Position numbers and translations under genes: made by a program
Shown: piece by piece, positions 12,501 through 24,500 of the stretch
Position numbering within the stretch: the stretch's first letter is position 1
How the letters are laid out: each line of letters starts with the position of its first letter
Source: Yuukianura sp. NJ FZ-2021
Taxonomy: Eukaryota
Direction: 5' to 3'
NCBI GenBank assembly: GCA_046563655.1
Contig: CM102290.1
Span: 2,232,001-2,296,000, forward strand
Length of the DNA: 64,000 nucleotides
The notes under the pieces: model-generated
Seen by the model: only the letters and a program-made list of their open reading frames with translations
Told to the model about the DNA's origin: nothing
The model's database searches: none

Positions 12501-15500
12501 CTGAGCAAATGACCGCTCTCTCCTCTCTCCAAAATGATTATCGCCTTTTTCCGACTCATTGATGAAATTTTCGGCAGGGGATCGCTTCCAGGCAAAATCA
12601 AATTAAAAAAGAGTGGGTTAGCTTCTTCAGATGTTCGGCTTGCGAAGGTCAAAGGTCACCACACTTGGCGACTAAAGCAGGAGATTTTCAGGCTACAGTG
12701 GGTTTTGGTGTTTGTTTGGTGGGTGTCTCTGGAGACTCAATTTGGAACGAGTTGAGAAAGCATTTTTGTTTGGCTTGTCATGTCAATCAAGGCAGAGGTT
12801 AGGGTAGAGGTTTTTAGGCGTTTGTAACACTGTAACTGTTTGAGTTGGAGTAGAAAACGACCAAAGTTTTTTAGGTCATGTCACAGGGTTTAGAGGAATG
12901 GTGGATTTGCTTTTAGTCCGAATGCTGTTCTGAGTCTTTTATTGCCCAAGAGTAATGGATTCCCGCCCGCCAACTTTAACTTTGTGGACTTTGACCTTTA
13001 TTAATTATTTAAATTTTTGGCAGAAAGCGGTGTAGGAACAAACGGTTCCTACAAAAAGTCATGCTTCATGTGCCTTAATTCAGAAGCTGTTTCACACGAC
13101 TTTGTCATTTTGCGCCTTTGCTCAACTGTCTCCAACTAGCTTTCGCATGTTTCGTTACCTCAGACGGTTGAATGGGGCTGAGAATCAACGAACACTGATA
13201 TTTTTGTAGCTAACGGTGTGTGGAAATTCAAAACGGATTTTGAGGGGATATAGTTTGTAAAGGAGATTCAAAACTCGGACACTTTATTAGGACACTAACT
13301 AATTTGAAAATTGGAACTTTTGTCCAAGTCTCGCGGGAGAATTTGAAGAGAAAATGCTCCGAGGGTAGGCAAGAGAAATGAATACAAGCAAAAAAGCACC
13401 ATTTACTGCCTCTTTTTTGGAAAATGAAATGTTGGACCACAGAATTTATTTCGCTCAAACCCCATCTTCAGTGCTCGAAGTCTCCAAAAATTAATTGGAT
13501 CTGATCTTAGGATATGGTGGAGGCGAAGAAGGACCAATTGTGAAAAAAAAAAGTTTGAATTTTTCTTCTTTCTCTCAGGCGCCACAAAACAAAGTTCTCA
13601 TGGATTCCAATTCCTACGAATCAGTTTTGCACAACACATTTTTTCCCACAGAGAAAGCCCTGTGATTCGTCCAGTTGTTGTGAAGGGCTCGTCATGTCTT
13701 TTAGTGGTGGTGCTACAGACATTTTATTAGTGTCCTACTTTTTCAGAGGAAAAGTGAGACCTGACTGGATGATAGTTCTGTAAGATCAGCGGAATAGTAT
13801 AGGATTCACTCTTTTCTCTTCCGTTCCTTCGCTCTCAATCTTCGTCTTTATTGGCTCATTTGAAATGGGCGCCTACTTTCTCCAATCCCAAACCTACTTC
13901 CCGGGAAAAAAAAAGGAACGAAAAAAGTGAAATCTCGAAAGAAATCTTAGGACGGAAGACTCTCTTCCAAATACTAACAGAAAAGTGGTTCACTTTTTTT
14001 TTCTATAAAGAAAAAAGTTTTTAGTCGACAAAAAGTTGAATTTCCATAAATTTTCAGCGAGAAAGTAGTGTCGTTTTTGGTAATTTAAGTTAGCCAATTT
14101 GATTTCAAAAAATGCATTTTTTTTAGACTTTGTTAAACTTCCAACAAGACACACCAACTTTACCTTTTTGGAAATGAAATTCTTTTTGTATTTTTCTGAG
14201 TTTTTGTGTGAAAGTTCAGTTTGTTTTTAAAAAAAAATGTCAATTTAATGTAAAGCTTCAGCCAGCCCGACATAAGCGACATTTATTTATAATGACTTCC
14301 TGTAGAGAAATTGACTAAATGAAGCAAGTTACAAAGAGTAACACACATTCGTCATCATCAATGTCAGTTCAGAATTTAGGTTAGTGGATTAGGTTAGTGC
14401 ATTTCGGTGACACTACGTCATCAAGTGGTCCAGAAAACAATGTTTCCAGGTTATGTAAATACAAGCGCGACGCTTTCCCTGGAAGAGACAAATGACATTT
14501 TGACATTTAATTTCAAAGCGTTTAGGCTTGGCTATAAACTTAAGCATGTAGAGCTTAAGTTTGAAGAAAAAAAAGTCTTTTTTTAATTTGAGTCGAAATA
14601 ATGCCGTCAGTATATTTTCTTTGTGCCTAAAAAATTTTTTTAACAGAAAGTATAAGTCTCTTTCTTGTCGAAATTGAAGATGGAATTGCAATTGCTCGCA
14701 TGAGTAGATTTTGTTTTGCTCCTAAACAAAACCTTTTTCTTGTTTAAATATTTTGAAAAAGAAAGTAGAGGGAGAAAGCTGGCTGACAAGAGATTGACGT
14801 TAAACGGTTAGTAGCAAAACAAGTGGAGAAAAAAATTTAAAAAATCGAAATAGGAATGGAACAGCATAAAATCGTTTTATTTACATTTTGTTCCCAGAGC
14901 GTATTTTGATCCATTTCATGCTAGTTTTAGAAACCATTCAGAAGTTATACCATGTTCTCAAACAGTTTTTTTTTTCATAAAAAAGAAGAAAAAAACGGCT
15001 CTTTGAAATGAACTCTTGGAGAAAGTTTCAAAATATTTCTGAGTTATGGTTTGGAACTTTCCGGGCTCTTTACCGTCATTCATTTCTGTTTTTTTTATTT
15101 TACTCACTTTTTCTTTTCTATTCCGCAAGCTTTTATGGTGTTCCAACTTTTTCCAGAAACAGAAAGTTGTTTTTTTTTAGAACTGTTATTAAGGAGCAAA
15201 GCTTCTTTACTTTATTCATCGATGTTGTCTGTCTGTTTGTCTGGCCGATTGTCCGTCAGCGACACTTTTCTGGATCAAATGTAAAATTTTCATTTTACTG
15301 GTCACAACAATAGTGCATTATAATTCACAATGGTATCATACCATTGACATGTCCACGTCACCAGTCGTTTGCGATTTCAGCCCATCTTTCGATACTTACG
15401 TACACAGGTTGACAGCCGTTTATTTTTTTTTTCTGTTTTGTCGGAAAATAACCGAAACAATAAAAAATGACTTATTTAAACACGAATTGCAAGAGAATCT

Positions 15501-18500
15501 CTGTAGGGAATATTTAATTTCTGGTTTGGGAAATTGAGCTCGAAAACGCAAAAAGTTCCACACCATTTTTTCAAATTTTTAAGAGCCAAGAACAATAAAA
15601 AAAAGTTCTATAACCCACTTCATTTTTTTTCAAAGCGTGAGTTTTAAACTTTTTGTGAAAAATTAACCCTGTCCGTTGGGAAAATGGGAGTGTAAAAAAA
15701 AGTTACGAGTACCGTAAACTTCCAAATAGAACCTTAGCCTTAAAATTTTTAAAGCATAAGAACTCAAGTTTTTTTTTTAATTTGATTGGTCTGACATAGT
15801 GTGCTTGTCACCCGATTGGTCACCACCTTAATAGGGTTCATTTCTTGTCAATCTTTCGCTTTTTAGCTAATGGTAACTTTCACTTTGGAGATAATGAGCT
15901 GGGGAAAGTCTGTTTTTGCTAAGCAACAAAAATATTGGAACTGTTTCATTTTTGGAGAAGGATCTAAAACGTAGAGGGGCGCTTTAGAGGGTGATTCGGG
16001 TGGACTTATGGTCTCCGCTGCGTAGGAACAGATAATGATTAAGGGCGCGTCCGTTTTTTAGAATCAAATGGGAAAGTGTTGTTAGTGACGAGAAAAGATG
16101 GTTAGGAAAACAAGCGAAATAGATTCACCCCGCCGACAGAGGCATTCATTTCTGAAAACACAATGGGAGGATATCTGAAAGTGACAAAACCCCTCATGCG
16201 CCTTCAAGTTTACTTTTGTGCAACGAAATAGACATGGCCAACAAAAACTAAAATTTAAAAGAAACGACCTTTTAAAACTTTCACAGCACAGCAAAGTTCA
16301 GTTGCTGAGCTTTGCTGTTTTGCTTCTAGTGGAAAATGAAGGAAAAACTGATTTTATTTTGATGGATTAAAAATATGGAATTGTGTTAACGGCGGGGATC
16401 TAGTTTGAGTTTGGTTTTATTTAAAAAAAAATGTGGGAGTGTTCTGAGTTTGTGTTTTGTAATAAAGCAATTCATTTGTTGGCTACGGAAAGTGAAAGGC
16501 AAAGGAATTGATTGTCTTCCGGTCGGAGGAAGGAGTTTGCCAACTTTCTCCTTTTTCGCTTTGGCTCTGATTCCAAAAAGAAGACATGGTCTTGTTAGAG
16601 AGTAGGCCACCAACCACCCACAATGAGTGGGGGGCCCTTGAGGGGACCCCTTTAAGTCTCTAAAGTCTTTATTTTTTGTACAGGAGACATTTGAGATTGG
16701 GGAGGATGATGGAAGTGGTGGGGGCGGGGGGAGTCAATCCAAGTACCGACGAAAGAAAAAACGAAGTCTTCCTCGCTCTGTCGTCAATCCTGATGGGAAC
16801 TTTTACTTCTACTGGCTCTTTCTCCTCACGGTTTGCGTCCTCTACAACCTCTGGACTCTCATCGTCCGAGAGAGTTTCCCTGAGCTTCAGGTTCGTCTTT
16901 TTCTTATTTTTGTTATTTCATGTTTTTTCAGATCCGACTGGGTAGGGACTTATCTTCTAACTCCCTTGAAGTTGAAAAAACAGTCAATTGGGAATTTAGA
17001 GTCATAATCTTTTGACAACGGGAGAGAGAAAGTTTCCTCCCGTTTGCAATTGCGCAGTAAAAACAAGGGCGATTTTGAAAAGAAAAACCACGAGTTTTGG
17101 TTTTTCAAATCCCTAAAAACTGAAAATCTTTACCCTCTACTTTCACTTTAAAAAAAGTTTTGACAAAAAGGGATTGGAGTAAATTGAAAAAAAGGAAAGT
17201 TTTTACTTTTTAGTGTGAAAGTAAATTTTCGTTGAAGCTGTAACTTGCTTCTTCCCTGGTAAGAAAACTGGTAACAGTTGTAGGAGTGCAATATTGATGG
17301 TTTTTCGAAAGAAAATAGATTTTTTTTTAAAGAGAAAGTTTTGGCACCGAAATTTTCTTCCTCTGATTTTTTCTTTCTTTTTTTTCTTTGGAAATGGCGC
17401 CCGTTTCTATGTGTTTGAAGCCCTCCTCGCTTCATGGTTAGTTTAGTTTGAAGGAAAAGGGTGGGAAATGATGAAGTCTTTTTGGAGATGCGGGTTTTTA
17501 GCACTTTTGTTTTGAAATAGAATAGTCAGGTTAAGTTAACCTAATGAACCTTGTTTTCCCGGGTGAATTCCAATCTGTGGTTTAAGGTTAGTTAGGTTAG
17601 GATTAGGTAGAGGACTACAAGACTTCTATTTCTCTTTCTTTATGTGTTGTTTCTAGTCGGACTACTATGCTTTCTGGATAACGGCGGATGCATTTACTGA
17701 CCTCGTCATCTTCCTGGATTTGGCGGTCCAATTTCGTACAGGTTATTTGGAACAAGGGCTCATGGTGTACAAGACACGAAAACTTGCCAAGCACTACGCA
17801 GGCTCAAAACACTTTTGGTTCGACGTTCTGTCCCTCCTCCCTACGGACCTTCTTCAACTATACTTGGGAACACATCCTATGTGCAGGTCATATTAAAAAA
17901 CTAAAAAAGACAACTTTTTATCAAAATTTCTGGCATGCTGGGTTAGATTTTGGACCATGTTGGTCTTGGAACTACAAATGACTATGTTAGATAACATAAA
18001 ATTTGAATTTTATTTTCGTTTTTCAGAATTCCGCGGTTTCTCAAAACGTACCGAATGTACAACTACTACTACATGGTAGAGTCACGTACAGTGTACCCTA
18101 ACGTATGGCGTGTCATGAACCTTATCCACATCCTTCTTCTTCTTGCTCATTGGTTCGGTTGTTTCTACTACCTCATTTCGGAAGCAGAGGACTTCAAGGG
18201 CCCATGGGTGTACCCTGATCCAGACAACTTCACAGAATATGCGCCCTTGGTTCGCAAGTACCTTGGTTCCCTCTACTGGTCCACTCTCACGCTCACAACA
18301 ATCGGCGATCTTCCGACTCCAGAATCCAACTGCCAGTAAGTTTTTGATTCTCAGAGGCGCTGGGATTCGAACCTGCGTCTCTTCATTTGCAGTAAACAGA
18401 ACCAAAGTGGGTGCAGGGAAGTTTTTGTTGTTGCCCCAGTTCGGTTTGGATTCCGAACACACGCTCGGATAATTCTGAACAATTGATTGGTTTTCCATGA

Positions 18501-21500
18501 AAAATTGTTTTGGCGTGGGCCAAGCTTTTGTCTCGGTCAAACGATTTTTATCAAATTGTGCTGCCGGAAGGAGCAGTTTTAGTCAGAATAGAAAGGAATT
18601 GGCACGCAAAGACTTGAATTGCAGTTGGTTCTGGAAGGGGTCCGGCGTAGGCAGAATGTTAGGCAAAAAGCCAATCCGTACATTTCTCTTTGTCCATTTT
18701 TGGTTTGACCTGCTTTTATCGAGAGTTTAACCTATTGCCATATCAATGAATGCTCTCCACAGAGAAATGATAAATGATGATTCATTGAAAGTGAGAAAAT
18801 CCAAAAGTCTATCCAAAATTTCCAGACAGGTTCAAATGGGTCCCAGAAGTTTAGAACTCAAACTCAACATTTCATATTTTTCAATAGAATTTGCATGTGG
18901 GGAGGCATTTCTATTTTTTCTTTCGACGAACGAAATTCCTTGAATGAATTCTGACTTTTATCTTACTCAAAGTTAAAGCTCTGCTTTCTCTTCTACCTGC
19001 AAAACTTAATTTCATTATTATAAAAATGGCTATAAATAAGTAAATGTTAATAACTATGTTAAGTTGTGTGTTAATATATGAAGTCACTAAAGGTGACGTG
19101 CCCAACTAATTCTTTGGTAATTACTTAGGCTAAGGAGTCGCAGTAACCCGTCTGTTCCTACGGGCCTTACTGGCTACCGTAATCACTGTCGTAAATCACG
19201 GCTTCTTCATATTCACTCAAACACTGGGTTAGTTCACCTAAAACTTTATAAAAAAAAAAGAAATTTTGATAAGGTTTTACTTTAAGGAAAACGGAAGTTG
19301 AAAGTTTTCCTGAATCTTTTAGATTTAAAATTTTATTGTCCTTTTTATTACTTATTTAAAGATGAAATCCATACACAAATTTTCGAAAAGTTTATTTTTG
19401 GATTTTTTTTATATTGAAAAGGCAGCTGTTGGTTGAACTTTCACTTCCGGAAGTCCGTTTCTTTTTGCTAAAAATTTTAAAAAGTGGAAAAGAAAGAGAC
19501 AAAGGGTGGAGACAAAAACTTTTTGGAGGAAACACGTCGTCCGTATATGAACTTTAATTAAACGTGCTCTGGGCACCGTGCTGGTGAGCGTGTTCCTGTT
19601 TACGTATTTTCGTAAAATTTCGTAGATCTTCACGTAATAAAACTGCTCGCTTTCACCGCCGCTCATTTCGCATTAAGATTTCTTGCTCCGAGCTAGAGAA
19701 GAACAGGCGTTGGGGGCGGCATGAGTTGAACTTTGAGTATCTCCCTTATGCCATCATGACAGTTACATGGCAAATCACATGAAATAAGAAACAGCAGATG
19801 CTTCCACTGTCGGTTCTGAACAAAAACTGCTCTGAACAAAAAGAAATTCAACAAAGTTAAATCAATGAACTTTTCTCTCGACAATCCCGCCGAATTCGTT
19901 AACAGTTTTTGGAGTAACGGAGCACGAAATAAAGAACAAATTAAAAGAGTGTCAGTGCCATTTTGAGCGGTAAAAGTTTTGTTTTTAATACTTTTTGCGA
20001 ACAAAAAAAAAGTAATGAAAAAGGATCTGTCTAAAGAACGGTGACGTGGGGCTAAAGCTGAAGTAAACATTAAAATACACTTACTGTAAAAATTTAAGTT
20101 CTAAACTTCTGGAGGCTGTTCGGTGGTTCCTGTCTGGAAGTAATCTCCAAGACTTTTACATCTTTTCCCAAGGGTAAAATTATAAATCTTGGTAAACTTT
20201 TTGGAAAAGTGGTTTTTCCTTATTGCTTAAACTGAGGTTGATTAGTTTTGATTAAGATGTAAATAGAGCCGGCAGTTATGCATTTGTCACTACGCTCAGT
20301 CTTTTCATGATGTCTGTCCAAATGTATTTCTAAAAAAGAATTAACAAAAAAAGTTTAAAAAAAAAAGAGCAGGTGAGTGAAACTACTTCTTGGGAAACAA
20401 ATCGAACAGCCTTCAGGAAATGAGGAATTTTTAAAACGACATTTAATATTTAACTTTAAGAGAATATTTGAAAAATGTTCTAGTGTTTGAAAACTTTTGA
20501 AAAGTTCAAACTGTTCGAATTGTTTCCTCTGAAATGTCTCACTTTCTCTCTCTTTATGTATTTGTTAGTTGGCGAGCACAAATTGAGGTCATTGACTTCT
20601 TCAGTCTATGTACAATGGCTGATCTCCCGCAAAAAAATTAAAAAATTTCAAAATAATCTGAACTGAAACTAGGAAGAAAGTTTTCAATACAAAAAACTTC
20701 TTTCACAAAAAATAGTTACGTCGATGTTTCCGAACTTTTATTTTCTATACGTTCTCTCAGTAGACATACAGATTTTAAATTTTCGATAACTGAATAAACT
20801 TTTACTAAAAAGTCAAAGGGCAACTACAAAATGTATCCACTGGAAATATCTTTCCTTGCGGGAAAAAGACTTGGAGAATGAGGAATAAAGGAAAGTCATT
20901 GATTGGATTAGAGCTCTTGTGTTGTAGACTTTTGTTCCATTTCTCATTCTTATCCGATGACACTTTCCTTTGTTTCTCCTTGCCTCCTTCACCATCCCAG
21001 AATCCAATTCAAACCTAACCCACTTCCCTCCCTTTCAAATCCAGTGATGTTATCTAATGAAAGAGATTAAGAGCGGGAAGCGATTCGCAATTTACTTTTT
21101 GTCCTCTTCTCAAAAGCAATGTTCAAGTGGAACAACACAATCAACGCAAACTTTCACAAAAGAACACAAAGAATCTTTCAATCTCGAAATTTCAAAAGTT
21201 CTCACATGTTTCAGTCGCCGAATTCAAAATTTCAATTCAAATTCACCGCAAAAATTTCGTTAATGAAGCAAGAAAACGTGTTTAAATTCGGGAATTCAGC
21301 CAAATTGTACATCAACTGAAATTTCAACTTTCAGTTTTTATTTCGAAATCTCGAACTTGTTTTATTTATGTCTATGACCTTTTGACCTTGGCCGTGATTT
21401 TGATTTTCTTTTCTTTTTTGCAGATACCTCTTCACAATTGTGAGCTACTTGATTGGCGTCTTCATTTTTGCAACAATTGTTGGTAAGTGTCATGTTTATT

Positions 21501-24500
21501 TTAAAATCTGCTCAAATATTTCTGTCACAAAAATTTGGCGAGAGGTTGTGAACGACCAACTTCTGATTATGATCTTGCGTTTTGAAACGTTGGAATTTCG
21601 GACTGTTCCGGTTGAAAAAGGAAACGCTTCCTTACGTCACATTAAATCTTTTATGGCTTATAAACGGACATTTGAAGTCTGTTTTTATGAGAAGCTCAGA
21701 CGAAGCACAGGCGCAGCCATTATGCCTTTTGTAACCTTGTGCCAATGACACCTCTGGTACTTAAGGGCTCTCTGCGTACCCTTTTATGAACTCTTTCCCA
21801 CAAATAATGTCAATTAACTTAACCCAGCTTTCGACACAGCCTCCATAGGAACAAAGCTAGGACTTCTGGAAGCGATACACTTGAGTGCCTCCGGCTAACG
21901 TTGACTCCTGTCTGACCCTTGACCTCCATTTTTGGTTAGGGAGATGGTGTGGGGGAGATCGGGATTTAGTGAAAAAACAATTACTGAGGAAGGAAGAGCG
22001 CTTCCATGCTGTGTGAATAAATTTGAAATTACCCGCTTGCCTGAGCTTTGGTCCAGGAAGTTCTGGGGTCCACTTCGTAAATGAAAAGGTTGGGTTAGGC
22101 GGTAAGGGAAGTGTGAGGGTGCGCATGCGCAGTGGCATAAGTGAGGGTGTTAATGGACACAAAGTGACACTGTTGAATTTATAAGATTACAGTCTGTAGT
22201 TTATGGGCCATAAAAGCTCTAAGATTTGAGTTTCTCTTATGAAACGGAGGGAGAAACTATGTGTGCTGTGCATAAGGATGGCGCTGCTTTTTACTATTCA
22301 GTGTAGCATGTGACCAACTTTGTAACCGAGGATAGAGGATAGAGAAAACATTTCTTTTCTACAAAGCAATTTTTAGAACAGCTCAAACTCAATGTATTTT
22401 CTTTCATAAAAAGAAAACTAAAACAAAAACAATCACAAACAAATTCCTCTAGAAATTTAAAACGTGCGTCGCAAGTTTTTTGTCAACTTGATATATTTCC
22501 ATCAAAAGAAAACTTTGTGGAGATGTTAACTTTGTGGGTTGTACATACTGCAAAGTCACACAGAGTTTTGGGGTAAGTTCCTTTTTCACATTAAGGTGTG
22601 CGGACACCCTGGAAACTGGGGGTCAAAATGCCGCTGTAACACATGAAATGAAAAATGATCTGGGACATCGTAGAAAGGTCGTACAATGACCCACAATATA
22701 TCAAACTTTAGGAAAAGACTTGATCTAGTTTCTCGCTAAAAAAAAATTACAAAATTTTAGTTCTAACTGTGAAAAAAATTGACCCATACATTCCTCCTCC
22801 ATATTTACATAGATAGAACTAAAAGTTTGTAATTTTTTTTAGCGAGGTAGATCAAGTCTTTTCCTAAAGTTTGATATATTGTGGGTCGTTGTACGACATT
22901 CCTACGCTGACACAGACCGTTTTTCAATTTCAATGTCGCTGTCTCAGAAAAATTGTTGACAAAACCCAGACGACGGCAACCGAACTTGTGTCAGTATTTT
23001 GTTTGTTTGAAAGTGCATACTTTTTTTGATCATCTTTGCACTGATCCTTTTTCACCACTCACGATGGTGTTTCTTTTTGTCGATGTCTGCATCTTTTACT
23101 AACTGCACAAGCTCGGTTATCGTGGTTACTAAATTTAACGATTATTGTTTATTAGACGCATAACACACGTCCTTAACTTCGTTCGGTGTTCCTTTGAAAA
23201 CCGCACGGTAGAAATTGTTGAACCAAATTCAAATTGAAACAAATAGTGGAAAGTGATTGATGAGGTGTCAGACTAGTAAGCGTTGCATTAAAAAAATAGA
23301 CAAATTGTCCTGAGACCTATCCGTACTTAAGGAAAGGCGGGAAACTTGATTTTTATGATGGAAGATACAAATTTATCGCTCAAACCTGAAAGGAGTGGAT
23401 ATGCCTTTATCATTGAGAGAAAATGGAGATGGAGAAAGTCGCCTCCAGAAAATTAAGCGATTTCAATTATTCCTTTGTCATTTTTTTTTCATTCTGCTGT
23501 GCTTCAGGTTGTTTGAGAAGTTTTTTTTTTAGAACAAAACCTAACGAAATCTCATTCCCGTTCTACGTGTTGTCCAGCGCAGTATCGTTGATTTGCTTTT
23601 AAAAAAAAACTACTCACAAACTGGGTCAACCAAAATGAGCCCAACAAAAAACGCAATGTAAAGGCGCGCAGTCGCAATGCGACAAATTCAAGTTTCTGAA
23701 AATATAATATTAAAAAAGTACAATTTCTAAGGAAAATTCAATTTTTGTTTTTGTTTTTTTAGGACAAGTAGGAAATGTTATTACAAATCGAAATGCCAAT
23801 CGTCTGGAATTTGAAAGACTTCTTGTAAGTTCCAAAATGTCGGTTTTAGTAAAATTCTAAAAGCTGAGAGCGTTTTTTCATCAGTGTTACTTTTGTAGAT
23901 TCAGAATCTTTATGTAATGTGTGTTGCAAACTGACCATTACATTTTGTATAGGACGGTGCAAAAATGTATATGCGACATCATAGGGTCCCACGTGATATG
24001 CAACGACGAGTTCTTCGTTGGTACGATTACTCGTGGTCCAGGTCAGTTTACCAATGTTTTTGTTGTACCTCAGATTGCGGCATTACAAGAAAACGGAAAA
24101 GTTTTCTCAAAAACTGTTTTAGAAATTACTACTTGTTTCTGCATTTGTTTTTGCAGGGGTAGGATCCAAGGTGGTGGTGATATTAATACGGCCTTAGGTT
24201 TGTTACCTGACAAGCTCAAAACAGAGCTTGCACTTCACGTCAACCTCAGCGTCCTCAAGAAGGTAAGCAAAACAATACTTCTCCAAATTTCGTAACCATG
24301 TTTTTTTTTTTTGGAAAATTTTGTTAGAGACTAAAAAAGAGTGAAAGACTTTGTGTAAAGGAGTTTTACTTACTGTGAAAAATTCCCAATTTTTATCGAC
24401 TCATTCAGTCGGTCCAAACATAAATTCCAAAAATGTTGTTAAATTTTTCGTGGGGTTCAACGGAATTTCCAACCTGGGTGTATTTTCAAAAATTGCGACT

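Noticed and set aside
18353..18397. Functional tRNA gene
   Set aside because: No acceptor-stem 5' strand, D-arm or A-box, and the stems are imperfect; kept only as a remnant.
663..22162. Numerous 60-150-aa ORFs in the left half that do not overlap the called exons in frame
   Set aside because: They have Phe/Lys/Leu-rich composition typical of AT-rich intron noise, many use non-ATG starts, and none shows a recognisable domain.
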